A DNA stretch of 64,000 nt, from the NCBI GenBank assembly GCA_947470025.1, contig CANIRU010000001.1, positions 7,331 through 71,330 of the forward strand. The letters are read 5' to 3'. The translations under genes and the position numbers were made by a program. Position 1 is the first letter of the stretch. Every line of letters begins with the position of its first letter. Source of the DNA: Chloroflexota bacterium. GTDB lineage: Bacteria > Chloroflexota > Dehalococcoidia > UBA2979. The notes beneath the pieces were generated by a model. It was not told where the DNA came from and did no database searches. It was given only the letters and a program-made list of their open reading frames with translations. Shown here piece by piece: positions 26,683-36,497 of the stretch.

Positions 26683-26934
26683 ATGCCGATCTACCCGTTC
26701 CGCTGCGATCCCTGCGACGTGGAGTTCGAGGTGACACGCAAAGCCTCAGCGGCGCGTGACGCCGCTGCGTGTCCGGTCTGCGGCAAGCCCGCGCGCCGTG
26801 TGTTCACGGCGATCGGGCGCTCTGGTGCGTCGGCGAAGAGCGGTGCGCCCTCGGTGGGTGCAGCGCCGGCGGGCGGCGGATGGTCACACGGCGGCCATTC
26901 GCACGGCGCCGGGGAGTCGGGCCATTCGCACTAG
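26683..26934 (+). CDS. FmdB-family zinc-ribbon protein with His/Gly-rich tail
   Basis: MPIYPFRCDPCDVEFEV...CPVCGK (CxxC...CxxC) with a ggaggagga RBS. The C-terminus is GGGWSHGGHSHGAGESGHSH. Confidence 0.8.
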   Translation: MPIYPFRCDPCDVEFEVTRKASAARDAAACPVCGKPARRVFTAIGRSGASAKSGAPSVGAAPAGGGWSHGGHSHGAGESGHSH

Positions 26935-26997
26935 GTTGAAGCCCGCAGGTCAGGAGCGGGGCGGGCCGGCTATACCCGGCATGGGCCCCAAGAAGAA

Positions 26998-27480
26998 TCA
27001 GCGGATCGGGCGCAACCGCACGACGGGGACGATGCGAGGCGCGGCCTTCGTCTGGTGATCCGTGTACCGCGGCCACATCGCGACGAGCGCGGGCCAGAGG
27101 CGGGTGCGCTCGGCATCGTCGAGCACCTCGGCGCGCACGGGGACGCGATGACGATCCACGTCCACCCACGCCTGCGCGTTGGCCTCGATGTTGCGGTACC
27201 AGGCGGGGTGCTTCGGTGAGCCGGCCTTCGAGGCGACGATGATGAAGTCGCGGCCGTCGCGCAGGTAGAACAGTGCGTTGGCGCGCAGTTCGCCGCTGGC
27301 GCGACCGATGGTCGTGAGCAGCAGCGTCGGGATGTACGGGACGCCCTCGCGGTCCGTGCTCGCCCACGAGCGGAGCGAGTAGCCGCTCCACTGCACGGCG
27401 GCGCGCTCGATCGGCTCGAAGATGCCGGCCTTCGTCAGCGCGTTCACCAGCGTCGACGGATCGAACTCGATCTTCGCCAT
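26998..27480 (-). CDS. Deazaflavin (F420)-dependent nitroreductase family (Ddn-like, PPOX class)
   Basis: MAKIEFDP...LLLTTIGRASGELRANALFYLRDGRDFIIVASKAGSPKHPAWYRNIEANAQAWVDV matches the family. Confidence 0.8.
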   Translation of the reverse strand: MAKIEFDPSTLVNALTKAGIFEPIERAAVQWSGYSLRSWASTDREGVPYIPTLLLTTIGRASGELRANALFYLRDGRDFIIVASKAGSPKHPAWYRNIEANAQAWVDVDRHRVPVRAEVLDDAERTRLWPALVAMWPRYTDHQTKAAPRIVPVVRLRPIR

Positions 27481-27518
27481 CCTCGTACTCCTCGTCTCAT
27501 GCCCGCAGGACGATCCCC

Positions 27519-27556
27519 CCACCCCCAACCGCCCACCGCGACGGGGGAGGGTTAGG
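27519..27556 (-). terminator. C-rich/G-rich hairpin element, copy 3, 3' of citE on the minus strand
   Basis: Plus strand ccccccacccccaaccgcccaccgcgacgggggaggg. The orientation relative to the upstream gene is the same as for copies 1 and 2. Confidence 0.3.
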
Positions 27557-27563
27557 AGCGGAG

Positions 27564-28460
27564 TTACAGCAGCCCGGCTTGCCGTGCGCGTGCCAGCACG
27601 GTCTCCGCGCGGCCGATGTGCGCCGCGTCCACCATCTGGCCGCGCAGCGTGATCGCGCCGCGCCCCTCGGCGCGTCCGGCCTCGACCGCCTCGATCAGCT
27701 CGTGCGCAGCGGCGATGTCGTCAGAGGACGGGGTGAACAGTTCGTTCACGACGGGGATCTGGTCGGGATGGATCGTCAGGCGGCCGGTGAAGCCCATCCA
27801 CACGGCCTCCTGGCAGTCGCGCCGGAAGCCCTCGGTGTTGCGGAAGTCGACGTACACGGTGTCGAGCGGCTGCACGTTTGCCGCGACGGCGCACAGCAGT
27901 GTCTGCACGCGGCAGTACCGAAACACGTCGAGGAGCGCACCGGCCTCGTCGCGGTTGCGGCTCGCGCCGATGGCGGACGACAGGTCCTCGGCGCCCCAGG
28001 TGAGGGCGGACACTCGGCTCGCGCGGGGCAGCTCGTCCAGCTGGAGCACGCTGCGCGGCGTCTCGGTGCCGAGGACGATGAACTTCACGCTGTCCAGCGG
28101 GTGCCCGTAGTACTCCTCGAGCTGCATCACTTCGCTCGCGAACGCCTGCACGTCTTGGCGGCTGTTGATCTTCGGCAGCATGTACGCGTCCGGGGGGAAC
28201 TCCATCGTCGCGCGGAGATCCTCAAGCCACCACGGCGTGTCGAGGGCGTTCACGCGCACGACGCGCTCCTGCCGCCCGAAGTCGACGTCGCGCAGCCAGC
28301 CCGCGACGAGCCCGCGCGCCTCGTCCTTCCGGTCGACGGTCACCGCATCCTCGAGGTCGAGGACGAGGCTGTCCGCCTCGGTCGTCAGCGACTTCGTGAG
28401 CATGCGCTCGTTGCCACCGGGGACGAAGTGGACGGCGCGGCGCAGGCGGGCATCTGGCAT
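27564..28460 (-). CDS. HpcH/HpaI aldolase / citrate-lyase beta subunit (CitE) family
   Basis: VHFVPGGNERMLTKSLTTEADSLVLDLEDAV matches the family. Confidence 0.9.
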   Translation of the reverse strand: MPDARLRRAVHFVPGGNERMLTKSLTTEADSLVLDLEDAVTVDRKDEARGLVAGWLRDVDFGRQERVVRVNALDTPWWLEDLRATMEFPPDAYMLPKINSRQDVQAFASEVMQLEEYYGHPLDSVKFIVLGTETPRSVLQLDELPRASRVSALTWGAEDLSSAIGASRNRDEAGALLDVFRYCRVQTLLCAVAANVQPLDTVYVDFRNTEGFRRDCQEAVWMGFTGRLTIHPDQIPVVNELFTPSSDDIAAAHELIEAVEAGRAEGRGAITLRGQMVDAAHIGRAETVLARARQAGLL

Positions 28461-28520
28461 TTGGAGAACCTCGAGGAGTGCGGAACGAGTCAGTCCTCGG
28501 ACTCTACTACCGGGCGCGGT

Positions 28521-29474
28521 TCAGGAGCGCTTCATCAGGCTGATGAACACGTCCTCCAGCGACGGCGGGATCACCTCGACGGTTGCGTCCTCGATGCCCG
28601 CCGCCGCGAGGGCCGCGCGGAGGGTGGCCTCGTCGCCCGTCTGCATGAGGGCGTGGATCGCGTCGCCGTACAGGCTGACGTCGGCGGTCTCGGGGCGCGA
28701 CTGGAGGAGCGTGAGCGTCTCGAGGATGTCCGGTGTGCGGATCGAGAAGAGCGTGCCGTGGAGGTAGTGCGCCTTGAAGTCCGCGGGCGTGGCGATCGCC
28801 GTCAGTACGCCGCTGTCGATCATCGCGACGCGGTTCGAGTGCTCAGCCTCGTCGAGGTAGTGCGTGGTCGCGAAGACCGTGACGCCGGTCGCGGCGAGCC
28901 CGTGGATCATCGTCCAGAACTCTCGGCGCGAGACCGGGTCGACGCCCGCGGTGGGCTCGTCGAGGAACAGCAGTGGGGGGCGATGCACGATCGCGCAGCC
29001 CAACGCGAGGCGCTGCTTCCAGCCGCCCGAGAGCTGCGCAGCGAGTTGCCCCTCGCGCCCCTCGAGGCCCGCCATCGCGATCAGCTCTGTCACGCGCGCG
29101 GCGAGGAGCGGGCGCGGCACCGTGTAGATGCCCGCGTAGAACTCGAGGTTCTCGCGCACCGTCAGGTCCTCGTAGAGCGAGAACCGCTGGCTCATATAGC
29201 CGATGTGCTGCTTGATGCGGTCCTGCTGCGTGCGGATGTCGTAGCCCAGCACCGTCCCCGTGCCCTCGGTCGGCGCGAGGATGCCGCAGAGCATGCGGAT
29301 GGTCGTGCTCTTGCCGGAACCGTTCGGGCCGAGGAACGCGAACACCTCGCCGCGTTGCACCTCGAACGTCACGTCGTTCACGGCGACGCGATCGCCGAAG
29401 CGCTTGGTCAGGCCGCGCACCTCGATCGCCGCGCCGTTGCTGGGAGTGATCGCCCGTCCCGTGTCGGTGGTCAT
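28521..29474 (-). CDS. ABC transporter ATP-binding protein
   Basis: Walker A GPNGSGKST, signature LSGGWKQRLAL, Walker B LLFLDEPT. The start overlaps the permease stop. Confidence 0.9.
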   Translation of the reverse strand: MTTDTGRAITPSNGAAIEVRGLTKRFGDRVAVNDVTFEVQRGEVFAFLGPNGSGKSTTIRMLCGILAPTEGTGTVLGYDIRTQQDRIKQHIGYMSQRFSLYEDLTVRENLEFYAGIYTVPRPLLAARVTELIAMAGLEGREGQLAAQLSGGWKQRLALGCAIVHRPPLLFLDEPTAGVDPVSRREFWTMIHGLAATGVTVFATTHYLDEAEHSNRVAMIDSGVLTAIATPADFKAHYLHGTLFSIRTPDILETLTLLQSRPETADVSLYGDAIHALMQTGDEATLRAALAAAGIEDATVEVIPPSLEDVFISLMKRS

Positions 29475-30607
29475 CACTCGACCGTCTTCTGGAAGCGCGC
29501 GACGGACACGCCGAGCGTGACGATCGCGAACACCGTCAGCGCGAGGGCCTGTGGCCACAGCACCTGGATGCCCACGCCCTTCAGGATCACGCCGCGCAGG
29601 ATCTCGAGGTAGTACGTCATCGGGATCGCGAGGCTCAGCCACTGGAAGATCTGCGGCATGCCCTCGCGACCGAAGAGGAAGCCGGAGAGCAGGATCGAGG
29701 GCAGCAGCGTGAACATCGTCATCTGCAACGCCTGTGCCTGGTTCCTCGCGACGACCGAGATGGCGAGGCCGATGCCGAGCGTGCCAAAGAGGAAGGGCAG
29801 CGTCAGCAGCAGCAGCTCGATCGTCGAGCCAACGACGGGCACATCGAACAGCACGCGCGCGATCACCAGGGTCATCACGGTCGAGGCAAGACAGAGCCCG
29901 ATATTGGGGAGGATCTTCCCGAGCATCAGTTCCCCGGGGCGCACCGGCGACACGATCAGCTGCTCGAGGGTGCCTCGTTCGCGCTCGCGCACGACCGCGA
30001 GCGCGGTGAGCAGCACGCCCTGCAACTGGAGCACGAGGCCGATCAGCGCCGGGACCATGAACTTCACGCTCAGCATGCGCGGGTTGTAGAGCACGACCGG
30101 GCGCAGTTCGATGCCGCCCCGGGCGTTGCTCGTCTGCCCGAGGCGATTGAGGGCCTCGACGGTCACCGTGGCGGACTGCACCTGCGCGATCAGGCCACCG
30201 CTGAACATCGCCGTCTGCGCGACGCTGGGGTCGGAGCCGTCCACGATCAGCTGCGCCGTCGCGGGACGCCCGCCGAGGATGTCGTTGCCGAAGTCCGGAG
30301 GGATGATCAGCGCGACTTTCGCCTCGCCGTTGTCGATCGCGCGCATCGCCTCCTCGCGGGTCGAGGTCCATCGGCGCACCGTGAAGTACCCGGTGTTGTC
30401 GAACGACGAGACGAAGGAGCGACTGCTCGCCGTGCCGGACTGGTCGAAGACGACGGTCGCGATGTGATCGGTGACGGCGTTCAGCGCGTAACCGAACATC
30501 AGCAGCTCGACGACCGGGATGCCGACGACCAGCGCGAGCGTGATGTGGTCCCGCCGCACCTGGATCAGCTCCTTGCGGATGATCGCCGACAGGCGACCGA
30601 GGTTCAT
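29474..30607 (-). CDS. ABC-2 type transporter permease
   Basis: Six TM segments and an ABC2_membrane pattern. Confidence 0.9.
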   Translation of the reverse strand: MNLGRLSAIIRKELIQVRRDHITLALVVGIPVVELLMFGYALNAVTDHIATVVFDQSGTASSRSFVSSFDNTGYFTVRRWTSTREEAMRAIDNGEAKVALIIPPDFGNDILGGRPATAQLIVDGSDPSVAQTAMFSGGLIAQVQSATVTVEALNRLGQTSNARGGIELRPVVLYNPRMLSVKFMVPALIGLVLQLQGVLLTALAVVRERERGTLEQLIVSPVRPGELMLGKILPNIGLCLASTVMTLVIARVLFDVPVVGSTIELLLLTLPFLFGTLGIGLAISVVARNQAQALQMTMFTLLPSILLSGFLFGREGMPQIFQWLSLAIPMTYYLEILRGVILKGVGIQVLWPQALALTVFAIVTLGVSVARFQKTVE

Positions 30608-31302
30608 CGCGCCGCGCCAATTCCAGACGTCGTCTCGAAGGTGGCGTCGATCGGCATTCCCGGGCGCAGCAGGCCCTCGCCGTTCGTCACGGTCGCCTGT
30701 ACCCCGAACACGAGATTGAGCCGGTCGCTCTGCGTCTGCACGTTGCGCGGCGTGAACTCCGCCTGCTGGTTGATCGAGGTCACGACACCCTCAAACGTGC
30801 GTCCGGGGTACGGGTCGGCGGTGATCGCGAGGCGCTGCCCCGTCGACACGCGGCCCAGGTCGGCGAGGCGCACGTACAGCGTGAGCTTGAGCGTGGAGAG
30901 GTCGCTGACGGCGATCAGCACCTGGCCCGGCAGCGCGAGTTCGCCGGCGTGCGCCGGCACACGCGTCACGACGCCGGAGAGCGGCGAGCGCAGCGTGTAG
31001 TCCTGTGACTGGAGCTGCGCGGTCTCGCGAGTCGCGGAATCGGGAGCCTGCCGCAGCTGCAGCTGCACGGCGCGATCGTCGAGGCGAACGAGCAGATCGC
31101 CCTTCGTGACGCGGGCGCCTGCGTCCAGCGGCAGGTCGAGGATCTCGCCGTTGACGCGCGGCGCGATCACCGTCTCCTCCGCCTCGAGCGTGCCGGACGC
31201 GACGAGCACGTCCGTCGAGCCGCCGGGCCAGCGCAACGCGCCGCAGCCGGTGCTCATCAGCGCCACGAGGATCGTCGAGATCACGAGGAACGCACGTGTC
31301 AT
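30604..31302 (-). CDS. HlyD-family membrane fusion/secretion protein
   Basis: N-terminal TM, and beta-barrel/lipoyl motifs (VTKGDLLVRLD ... SPLSGVVTRV). Confidence 0.8.
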   Translation of the reverse strand: MTRAFLVISTILVALMSTGCGALRWPGGSTDVLVASGTLEAEETVIAPRVNGEILDLPLDAGARVTKGDLLVRLDDRAVQLQLRQAPDSATRETAQLQSQDYTLRSPLSGVVTRVPAHAGELALPGQVLIAVSDLSTLKLTLYVRLADLGRVSTGQRLAITADPYPGRTFEGVVTSINQQAEFTPRNVQTQSDRLNLVFGVQATVTNGEGLLRPGMPIDATFETTSGIGAAR

Positions 31303-31973
31303 GCCGGTTGCTCCTCGGATCGCTCGCCATCGGGTGCCATCAGTGCGCGGAACGCGGGCGCGAGGCGGCGCACCAGCTCGTCGGTGGAAGCGGACGCCAT
31401 CGGTTCGATGCCGACGAGGTGACGCACGATGAGGACGCCGATCATCTGCGCGCCGATCAACTCGAAGGCGAGCGGCGCCACGGCACGCGATCCGAGCTGC
31501 GTCGCCACGCGCTGCAACATCGTCTGGATCGTGTCGCGCAGCTGCGGCACGTCGTCCGGGTTGCCGACAGCGGTGCGTAGCACCGCGGAGAACGTCTCCA
31601 GTTGATGCACGAACAACTCGTCGAGGTACAGCCGCACCAGCCGCTCTGCCGCGTCGCCGGGGGCGGTGATGGCATCGGCGATCTGCGCCCCCACGCGTGG
31701 GAACTCGACGGCCGCCTCGAACAGCTCGGCCTTGGTGCCGAAGAAGTGGTGGATCAGCGCCACGTCCACGCCTGCCTGCTGCGCGATCTGGCGGGTCGTG
31801 GTGCCTCGGAATCCCCGAGCAGCGAAGAGCGACCGGGCTGCCGCGAGGATGGCGGCTCGGCTGTCGCCACCGGCCGCAGCCGGCCGACGTCCGGCACGAG
31901 GGGACGCGATGGGCGACTCGTTCGCAGAAAGGCGGGCGTCGACGTAATTCATCGTGCGATGAAATATCACCAC
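31299..31973 (-). CDS. TetR/AcrR-family transcriptional regulator
   Basis: AAILAAARSLFAARGFRGTTTRQIAQQAGVDVALIHHFF is the HTH. Confidence 0.85.
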   Translation of the reverse strand: MVIFHRTMNYVDARLSANESPIASPRAGRRPAAAGGDSRAAILAAARSLFAARGFRGTTTRQIAQQAGVDVALIHHFFGTKAELFEAAVEFPRVGAQIADAITAPGDAAERLVRLYLDELFVHQLETFSAVLRTAVGNPDDVPQLRDTIQTMLQRVATQLGSRAVAPLAFELIGAQMIGVLIVRHLVGIEPMASASTDELVRRLAPAFRALMAPDGERSEEQPA

Positions 31974-32090
31974 GCCGGGCGAAGCGTCAAGCAGTGCCGC
32001 GGAGATTCCCTGAATTCCCTACCGATTTGGGGGTTGAATCGATCCGGATAGGTGCGTGTAAAGTCTACTAACTCGATAGGGATTATCAAC

Positions 32091-32555
32091 TTGAAGCTCT
32101 CAACCCGTGGTGACTACGCCGTCCGGGCCCTGCTGGAACTGGCCACCGAGGTGGATCGGGAGTGGCTGGCGCTCGCCGAGATCGCAGACCGCACGGGGAT
32201 CTCACCGAAGTACCTCGAGCAGATCTTGATGCGGCTGCGCACGGCGCGGGTAGTGAAGGCGAAGCGCGGCGCGCACGGCGGATACGCCTTCGCGCGGCCG
32301 GCGGGCGAGGTGACGATTGGCGAGGTGGTGCGCGCGATGGACGGGCCGCTGGCGCCGAGCCTGTGCGCGAGCCGCACGGCGCATGCGCCCTGTCCGGTCT
32401 ACCGCTGTCCCAGCGAAGAGGACTGCGTCCTCCGGGGCCTGTGGGTGGATGTGCGGGATGCGATCTCGCAGGTGGTGGACGCGACGACCTTCGGTGACCT
32501 GGCTGACCGCCGCCGCCAGCAGGATTCCGCGAAGCGGGAGATGTACCACATCTAA
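32091..32555 (+). CDS. Rrf2-family transcriptional regulator (CymR/IscR-like)
   Basis: A TTG start gives MKLSTRGDYAVRALLELA...LAEIADRTGISPKYLEQILMRLRTARVVKAKRGAHGGY, with C-terminal Cys residues. Confidence 0.85.
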   Translation: MKLSTRGDYAVRALLELATEVDREWLALAEIADRTGISPKYLEQILMRLRTARVVKAKRGAHGGYAFARPAGEVTIGEVVRAMDGPLAPSLCASRTAHAPCPVYRCPSEEDCVLRGLWVDVRDAISQVVDATTFGDLADRRRQQDSAKREMYHI

Positions 32556-32755
32556 TGGCACAAGAACTCAAGTCGCAAGAACTGAAGTCACAGGCCGGCT
32601 CACAGACCTCGATCGCCACGGCTCACGAACAGACCGTGCTCGCCGAGGTGCTGACCGCGATGCGCTCCGTACGCTTCGGTTCCGTGCAGATCACGTTACA
32701 GGACGGACGCGTGGTGCAGATCGACACGCTGGAGAAGAAGCGCCTTGATCGCTAG
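32555..32755 (+). CDS. YezD/DUF2292-family small protein
   Basis: ...VLTAMRSVRFGSVQITLQDGRVVQIDTLEKKRL matches the family. A TAATG overlap links it to rrf2. Confidence 0.7.
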   Translation: MAQELKSQELKSQAGSQTSIATAHEQTVLAEVLTAMRSVRFGSVQITLQDGRVVQIDTLEKKRLDR

Positions 32756-32935
32756 CACCCGCGCCCCATTCCGCCGCTCCGCTCCTCGAACAGACCAGAC
32801 CACTGGGCACGTCTCCCGGTGCACATTCGCGCGCTCGAGCTCACCAGGGCAGACGCGGTGTACCGGCGGATGTCGGTAGCCCCCACGGGGCTCCATCCAC
32901 CACATCGACCCTGAACTATTCGAAGGACGCTGAAC

Positions 32936-34048
32936 ATGCACCGACCACGGAAGTGGCCGACTCTCTCAATCACCTCGGTCGTCGCGACGATCGTCGCGGC
33001 CGGATCGCTGTTCCTCGCCGCCTGCGGCGGGGGCCCGGCGGCTCCGGCGAGCGGCGCGAGCGCGACCGGCGCTTCGGGCGCTCCGGCGGCGGCGAAGAAC
33101 GTCACGTTGCGCCTCGGTTACTTCCCGAACATGACGCACGCGCAGCCGCAGGTCGGCCTCGTGCGCGGCACGTTCGCTGAGGAGCTGGGCTCGAACGTGA
33201 AGATCGAGACCAAGACGTTCAACGCGGGCCCGTCAGCGATCGAGGCGCTCTTCGCGGGCGCGATCGACGCGACATACATCGGCCCGAACCCGGCGATCAC
33301 GGGCTACGTGCAGTCGCAGGGCAAGGATCTGCGCATCATCGCGGGCGCCACGAGCGCCGGTGCGCTGTTGGTCGTCGGCGGCAAGTCGGGCATCGACAAG
33401 CCGGCCGACTTCGCGAACAAGAAGATCGCGACGCCGCAGCTGGGCAACACGCAGGACGTGGCGCTCCGCGCATGGCTCGCGAAGAACGGGCTGAAGGACA
33501 AGGAGCACGGCGGCAACGTGCAGGTCATCCCGACCGCCAATGCCGACGCGCTCTCCCTGATCTCGCGAGGCCAGCTGGATGGCGCCTGGGTGCCGGAGCC
33601 GTGGGCGACGCGCATCGTGCAGGAGGCCGGTGGGAAGATCCTCCTGGACGAGCGCGACCTGTGGCCGAACGGCGACTTCGTCACGACGCACCTGATCGTG
33701 CGGACGAAGTTCATGCAGGAGAATCCCGAGGTCGTCGAAAAACTGCTGCGTGCGCACGTGAAGACGACGCAGTGGATCAACGACAATCCGGACGAGGCCA
33801 AGAAGGTCGTCAACGAGAGCATCAAGAAGATCAGCGGCGCGGCGCTGCCCGACGCAGTGATCAACGCGGCCTGGCGGAACCAGAAGATCACCTTCGACCC
33901 GATCGCCTCGTCGCTGCGCAAGTCCGCGGACGACGCGTTCGCCCTCGGGTACCTCGGTGACAAGAAGCCGGATCTCGCGAACATCTACGCGCTCGATCCG
34001 CTGAACAAGGTGTTGAAGGAACTGAACCTCAAACCCGTTTCGCAGTAG
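32936..34048 (+). CDS. NitT/TauT-family ABC transporter substrate-binding lipoprotein (sulfonate/nitrate type)
   Basis: Lipobox LAACGG, then LRLGYFPNMTHAQPQV... Confidence 0.9.
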   Translation: MHRPRKWPTLSITSVVATIVAAGSLFLAACGGGPAAPASGASATGASGAPAAAKNVTLRLGYFPNMTHAQPQVGLVRGTFAEELGSNVKIETKTFNAGPSAIEALFAGAIDATYIGPNPAITGYVQSQGKDLRIIAGATSAGALLVVGGKSGIDKPADFANKKIATPQLGNTQDVALRAWLAKNGLKDKEHGGNVQVIPTANADALSLISRGQLDGAWVPEPWATRIVQEAGGKILLDERDLWPNGDFVTTHLIVRTKFMQENPEVVEKLLRAHVKTTQWINDNPDEAKKVVNESIKKISGAALPDAVINAAWRNQKITFDPIASSLRKSADDAFALGYLGDKKPDLANIYALDPLNKVLKELNLKPVSQ

Positions 34049-34071
34049 ACGGGGAAGCAGCAAGGCTGAAC

Positions 34072-34899
34072 ATGACAGGCATCGCCGAACGAAACGAGCC
34101 CGTCGCGACCGCACCAAGCGGAGCGACGGGCCACCTGCTTGCGCTGACGGATATCACGAAGCGCTTTCAGACCGCGCGCGCGGACACGCTCGCCCTCGAC
34201 CATGTGTCACTGGAGGTGCGTCCGCGCGAGATCGTGTGCATTGTCGGCCCCTCCGGCTGCGGCAAGTCCACGCTGCTCAACATCGCGGCGGGCATCGATG
34301 CGCACTTCGATGGCACCGCGACGTTCGAGGGCGAGCCGATCAAGGGCATGGCCCGCGAGCGCGCAGTGGTGTTCCAGGAGCCGGCGCTGTTCCCGTGGCT
34401 CAACGTCCGCGCGAACGTGGAGTTCGGCCTCAAGCTGCGTGGCGTGTCGAAGGCGGACCGCAACTCGATCGTCGACCAGCAGCTGGAGATGGTGAATCTG
34501 ACGAAGTTCGACCGCGCCTATATTCATGAGCTGTCGGGCGGGATGAAGCAGCGTGTGCAACTCGCGCGGGCGCTGGCGGTCGAGCCGCACATGCTGATGA
34601 TGGATGAACCGTTCGCCGCGCTGGACGCGCAGACGCGCGACGACCTCCAGATGGAGTTGCAAGGTGTCGCGGGGCGCATCGGCGCAACGGTGCTGTTCGT
34701 CACGCACAACGTCCGCGAGGCCGTGATTCTCGGTGACCGCGTGGTCGTGATGTCGAAGAGCCCCGGGCGCATCCGCCGCATCATCGACATCCCGCTGGGC
34801 CGCCCACGGACGCCGGACGATCACGATGTCGCGGACTTCGCGGCGATGGTGCGCGCGGAACTGCAGGAATCCTCGAACGAGCCGCGCTATGCGATTTAG
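34072..34899 (+). CDS. NitT/TauT-family ABC transporter ATP-binding protein
   Basis: GPSGCGKSTLL, LSGGMKQRVQLARAL, LLMMDEPFAALD. Confidence 0.9.
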   Translation: MTGIAERNEPVATAPSGATGHLLALTDITKRFQTARADTLALDHVSLEVRPREIVCIVGPSGCGKSTLLNIAAGIDAHFDGTATFEGEPIKGMARERAVVFQEPALFPWLNVRANVEFGLKLRGVSKADRNSIVDQQLEMVNLTKFDRAYIHELSGGMKQRVQLARALAVEPHMLMMDEPFAALDAQTRDDLQMELQGVAGRIGATVLFVTHNVREAVILGDRVVVMSKSPGRIRRIIDIPLGRPRTPDDHDVADFAAMVRAELQESSNEPRYAI

Positions 34900-35674
34900 C
34901 GCACCCTCCCGCGAGAGCGGATACAAGCTGCTGCGCATCGCCGCGTTCTACGTGATCGTGATCGCCGGCTGGTGGGCGATCGCAAACGCCGAGATCTGGT
35001 CCCCGTACCTCTTCCCCGCGCCCGATTCGGTGTGGCGTTCGATGCGCGCGAACTTCGACAACGGGCAGATCCCGGCGGCGATCGGCGCGACGCTGCAGCG
35101 CATGGCCGTCGGCTACGTGCTGTCGTTCATCATCGGCATGGCACTGGGCATCCTCAACGCTTCGTCGAAGTGGGCGAACGAGACGATCGGGGGCATCGTC
35201 CTCGGCGTGCAGTCACTGCCCAGCATCACCTGGCTGCCGCTCGCGGTGCTGTGGTTCGGACTCACCGAGAAGGCGATCATCTTCGTCGTGCTCATGGGCT
35301 CAGCGTGCTCGATCGCGATCTCGGCGCAGGCCGGCATCCAGGGCATCCCGCCGTTGCTCCAGCGCGCCGCGGGCACGCTGGGCGCGTCGAGGTGGCAGGC
35401 GTACCTGTACGTCGTGCTGCCCGGCATGATCCCGGTGATGGTGCAGGGGATGAAGCAGGGCTGGTCGTTCGCGTGGCGGTCGCTGATGGCGGGCGAGCTG
35501 CTCTTCGTGAGCGCGGGCCTGGGCCACCTGCTGAACGTGGGCCGCGATCTGAACAACATCAGCATGGTGTTCGCGGTGATGATCGTGATCGTCTTCGTCG
35601 GCGTCGCGGTGGACCGCCTGATCTTTGGTCGCGCCGAGCGATGGGTGAAGGAACGCTGGGGCTACGCGGCGTAG
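34889..35674 (+). CDS. NitT/TauT-family ABC transporter permease
   Basis: The ATG at 34889 is in frame within ORF 34826..35674. The EAA-like loop and 6 TM segments are present. Confidence 0.9.
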   Translation: MRFSAPSRESGYKLLRIAAFYVIVIAGWWAIANAEIWSPYLFPAPDSVWRSMRANFDNGQIPAAIGATLQRMAVGYVLSFIIGMALGILNASSKWANETIGGIVLGVQSLPSITWLPLAVLWFGLTEKAIIFVVLMGSACSIAISAQAGIQGIPPLLQRAAGTLGASRWQAYLYVVLPGMIPVMVQGMKQGWSFAWRSLMAGELLFVSAGLGHLLNVGRDLNNISMVFAVMIVIVFVGVAVDRLIFGRAERWVKERWGYAA

Positions 35675-35834
35675 CTGTTTCCGTTGCGGCGGATGGTCGG
35701 GCATACCCGGCCCGCGCTTCGGCAGGTCGCGGCGCGGGTCGGCCACTTGCGGAAGCACATCGACTACGACGAAGGGCCGCAGCGTTCGCTGCGGCCCTTC
35801 TGTTCGTGCAGTGCGCGCCGTCGAGGCGCGTGGG

Positions 35835-36179
35835 CTACGCGGCGGAGAAGATCGCCGCGGCGCCCTCGAGCTGCTCGCGCGCGTCCTTGTTGAAGAGCGT
35901 GCGCTTGCTGCTGACGCAGTGCACGCGGCCCTCGTCCGTCAGCGTGTAGTGGTCACCGTCCAGGACGAGCGCCTTGCGCCCCTCAAGGACAGTGATCGCC
36001 TTCTGGATCGCGTCGTCGGTCTGGGCAAACGGGGCCATCAGTGGGAAGTCGGCGGCGATCTTCGCGAAGGACGCTCGGAGACGGGTGTTGTCGGCGGTGA
36101 AGTCGGTACCCTCCACGGTCGCGAGCATGCCCGAGAGCAGCTCATCGGGTGAGAAGCGCATCGAGTTCGTAGTCGTCAT
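35835..36179 (-). CDS. Hypothetical protein
   Basis: A 114-aa ORF with no competing frame and no recognised family. Confidence 0.4.
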   Translation of the reverse strand: MTTTNSMRFSPDELLSGMLATVEGTDFTADNTRLRASFAKIAADFPLMAPFAQTDDAIQKAITVLEGRKALVLDGDHYTLTDEGRVHCVSSKRTLFNKDAREQLEGAAAIFSAA

Positions 36180-36497
36180 CTGGATCGATCCCTCTGTCTG
36201 TGCTTCGACCTGTGTGGCGTCATCGGACGCCGCGAGTTAGCAAGCGAAGCACTGCTTCCACACTAGCAGCCTTGCAGTGCCCTCACAGAAACATCGGCAC
36301 GAGGTTCGGGACAGGAATCCGCTTGCTGCTGCCCCGATCCGCTGACCTCTCCGATGTGATATGCTGAAAACCTCCTCAGTTTCTTCGGCGTACGTTCTCT
36401 AACCCGCACGTCCACCCTGGCACCTGAGCGAACGAACGGTTTGCCGTGCCTGTGGTTCGGCGTGTGCGCTGACATACGTCAGCTGGAAGTGTTGGTT

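Noticed and set aside
25561-26934. 457-aa + ORF
   Set aside because: Its first ~370 aa are antisense to the MFS transporter and the hypothetical gene. Only the last 83 aa (26683..26934, the FmdB zinc ribbon with RBS and ATG) are credible.
27579-29612. 677-aa + ORF
   Set aside because: Antisense to the citE and ABC ATPase genes.
28521-30620. 699-aa minus ORF taken as a single gene
   Set aside because: Only the last 317 aa (28521..29474) are the ABC ATPase. The upstream part reads through the permease gene in another frame.
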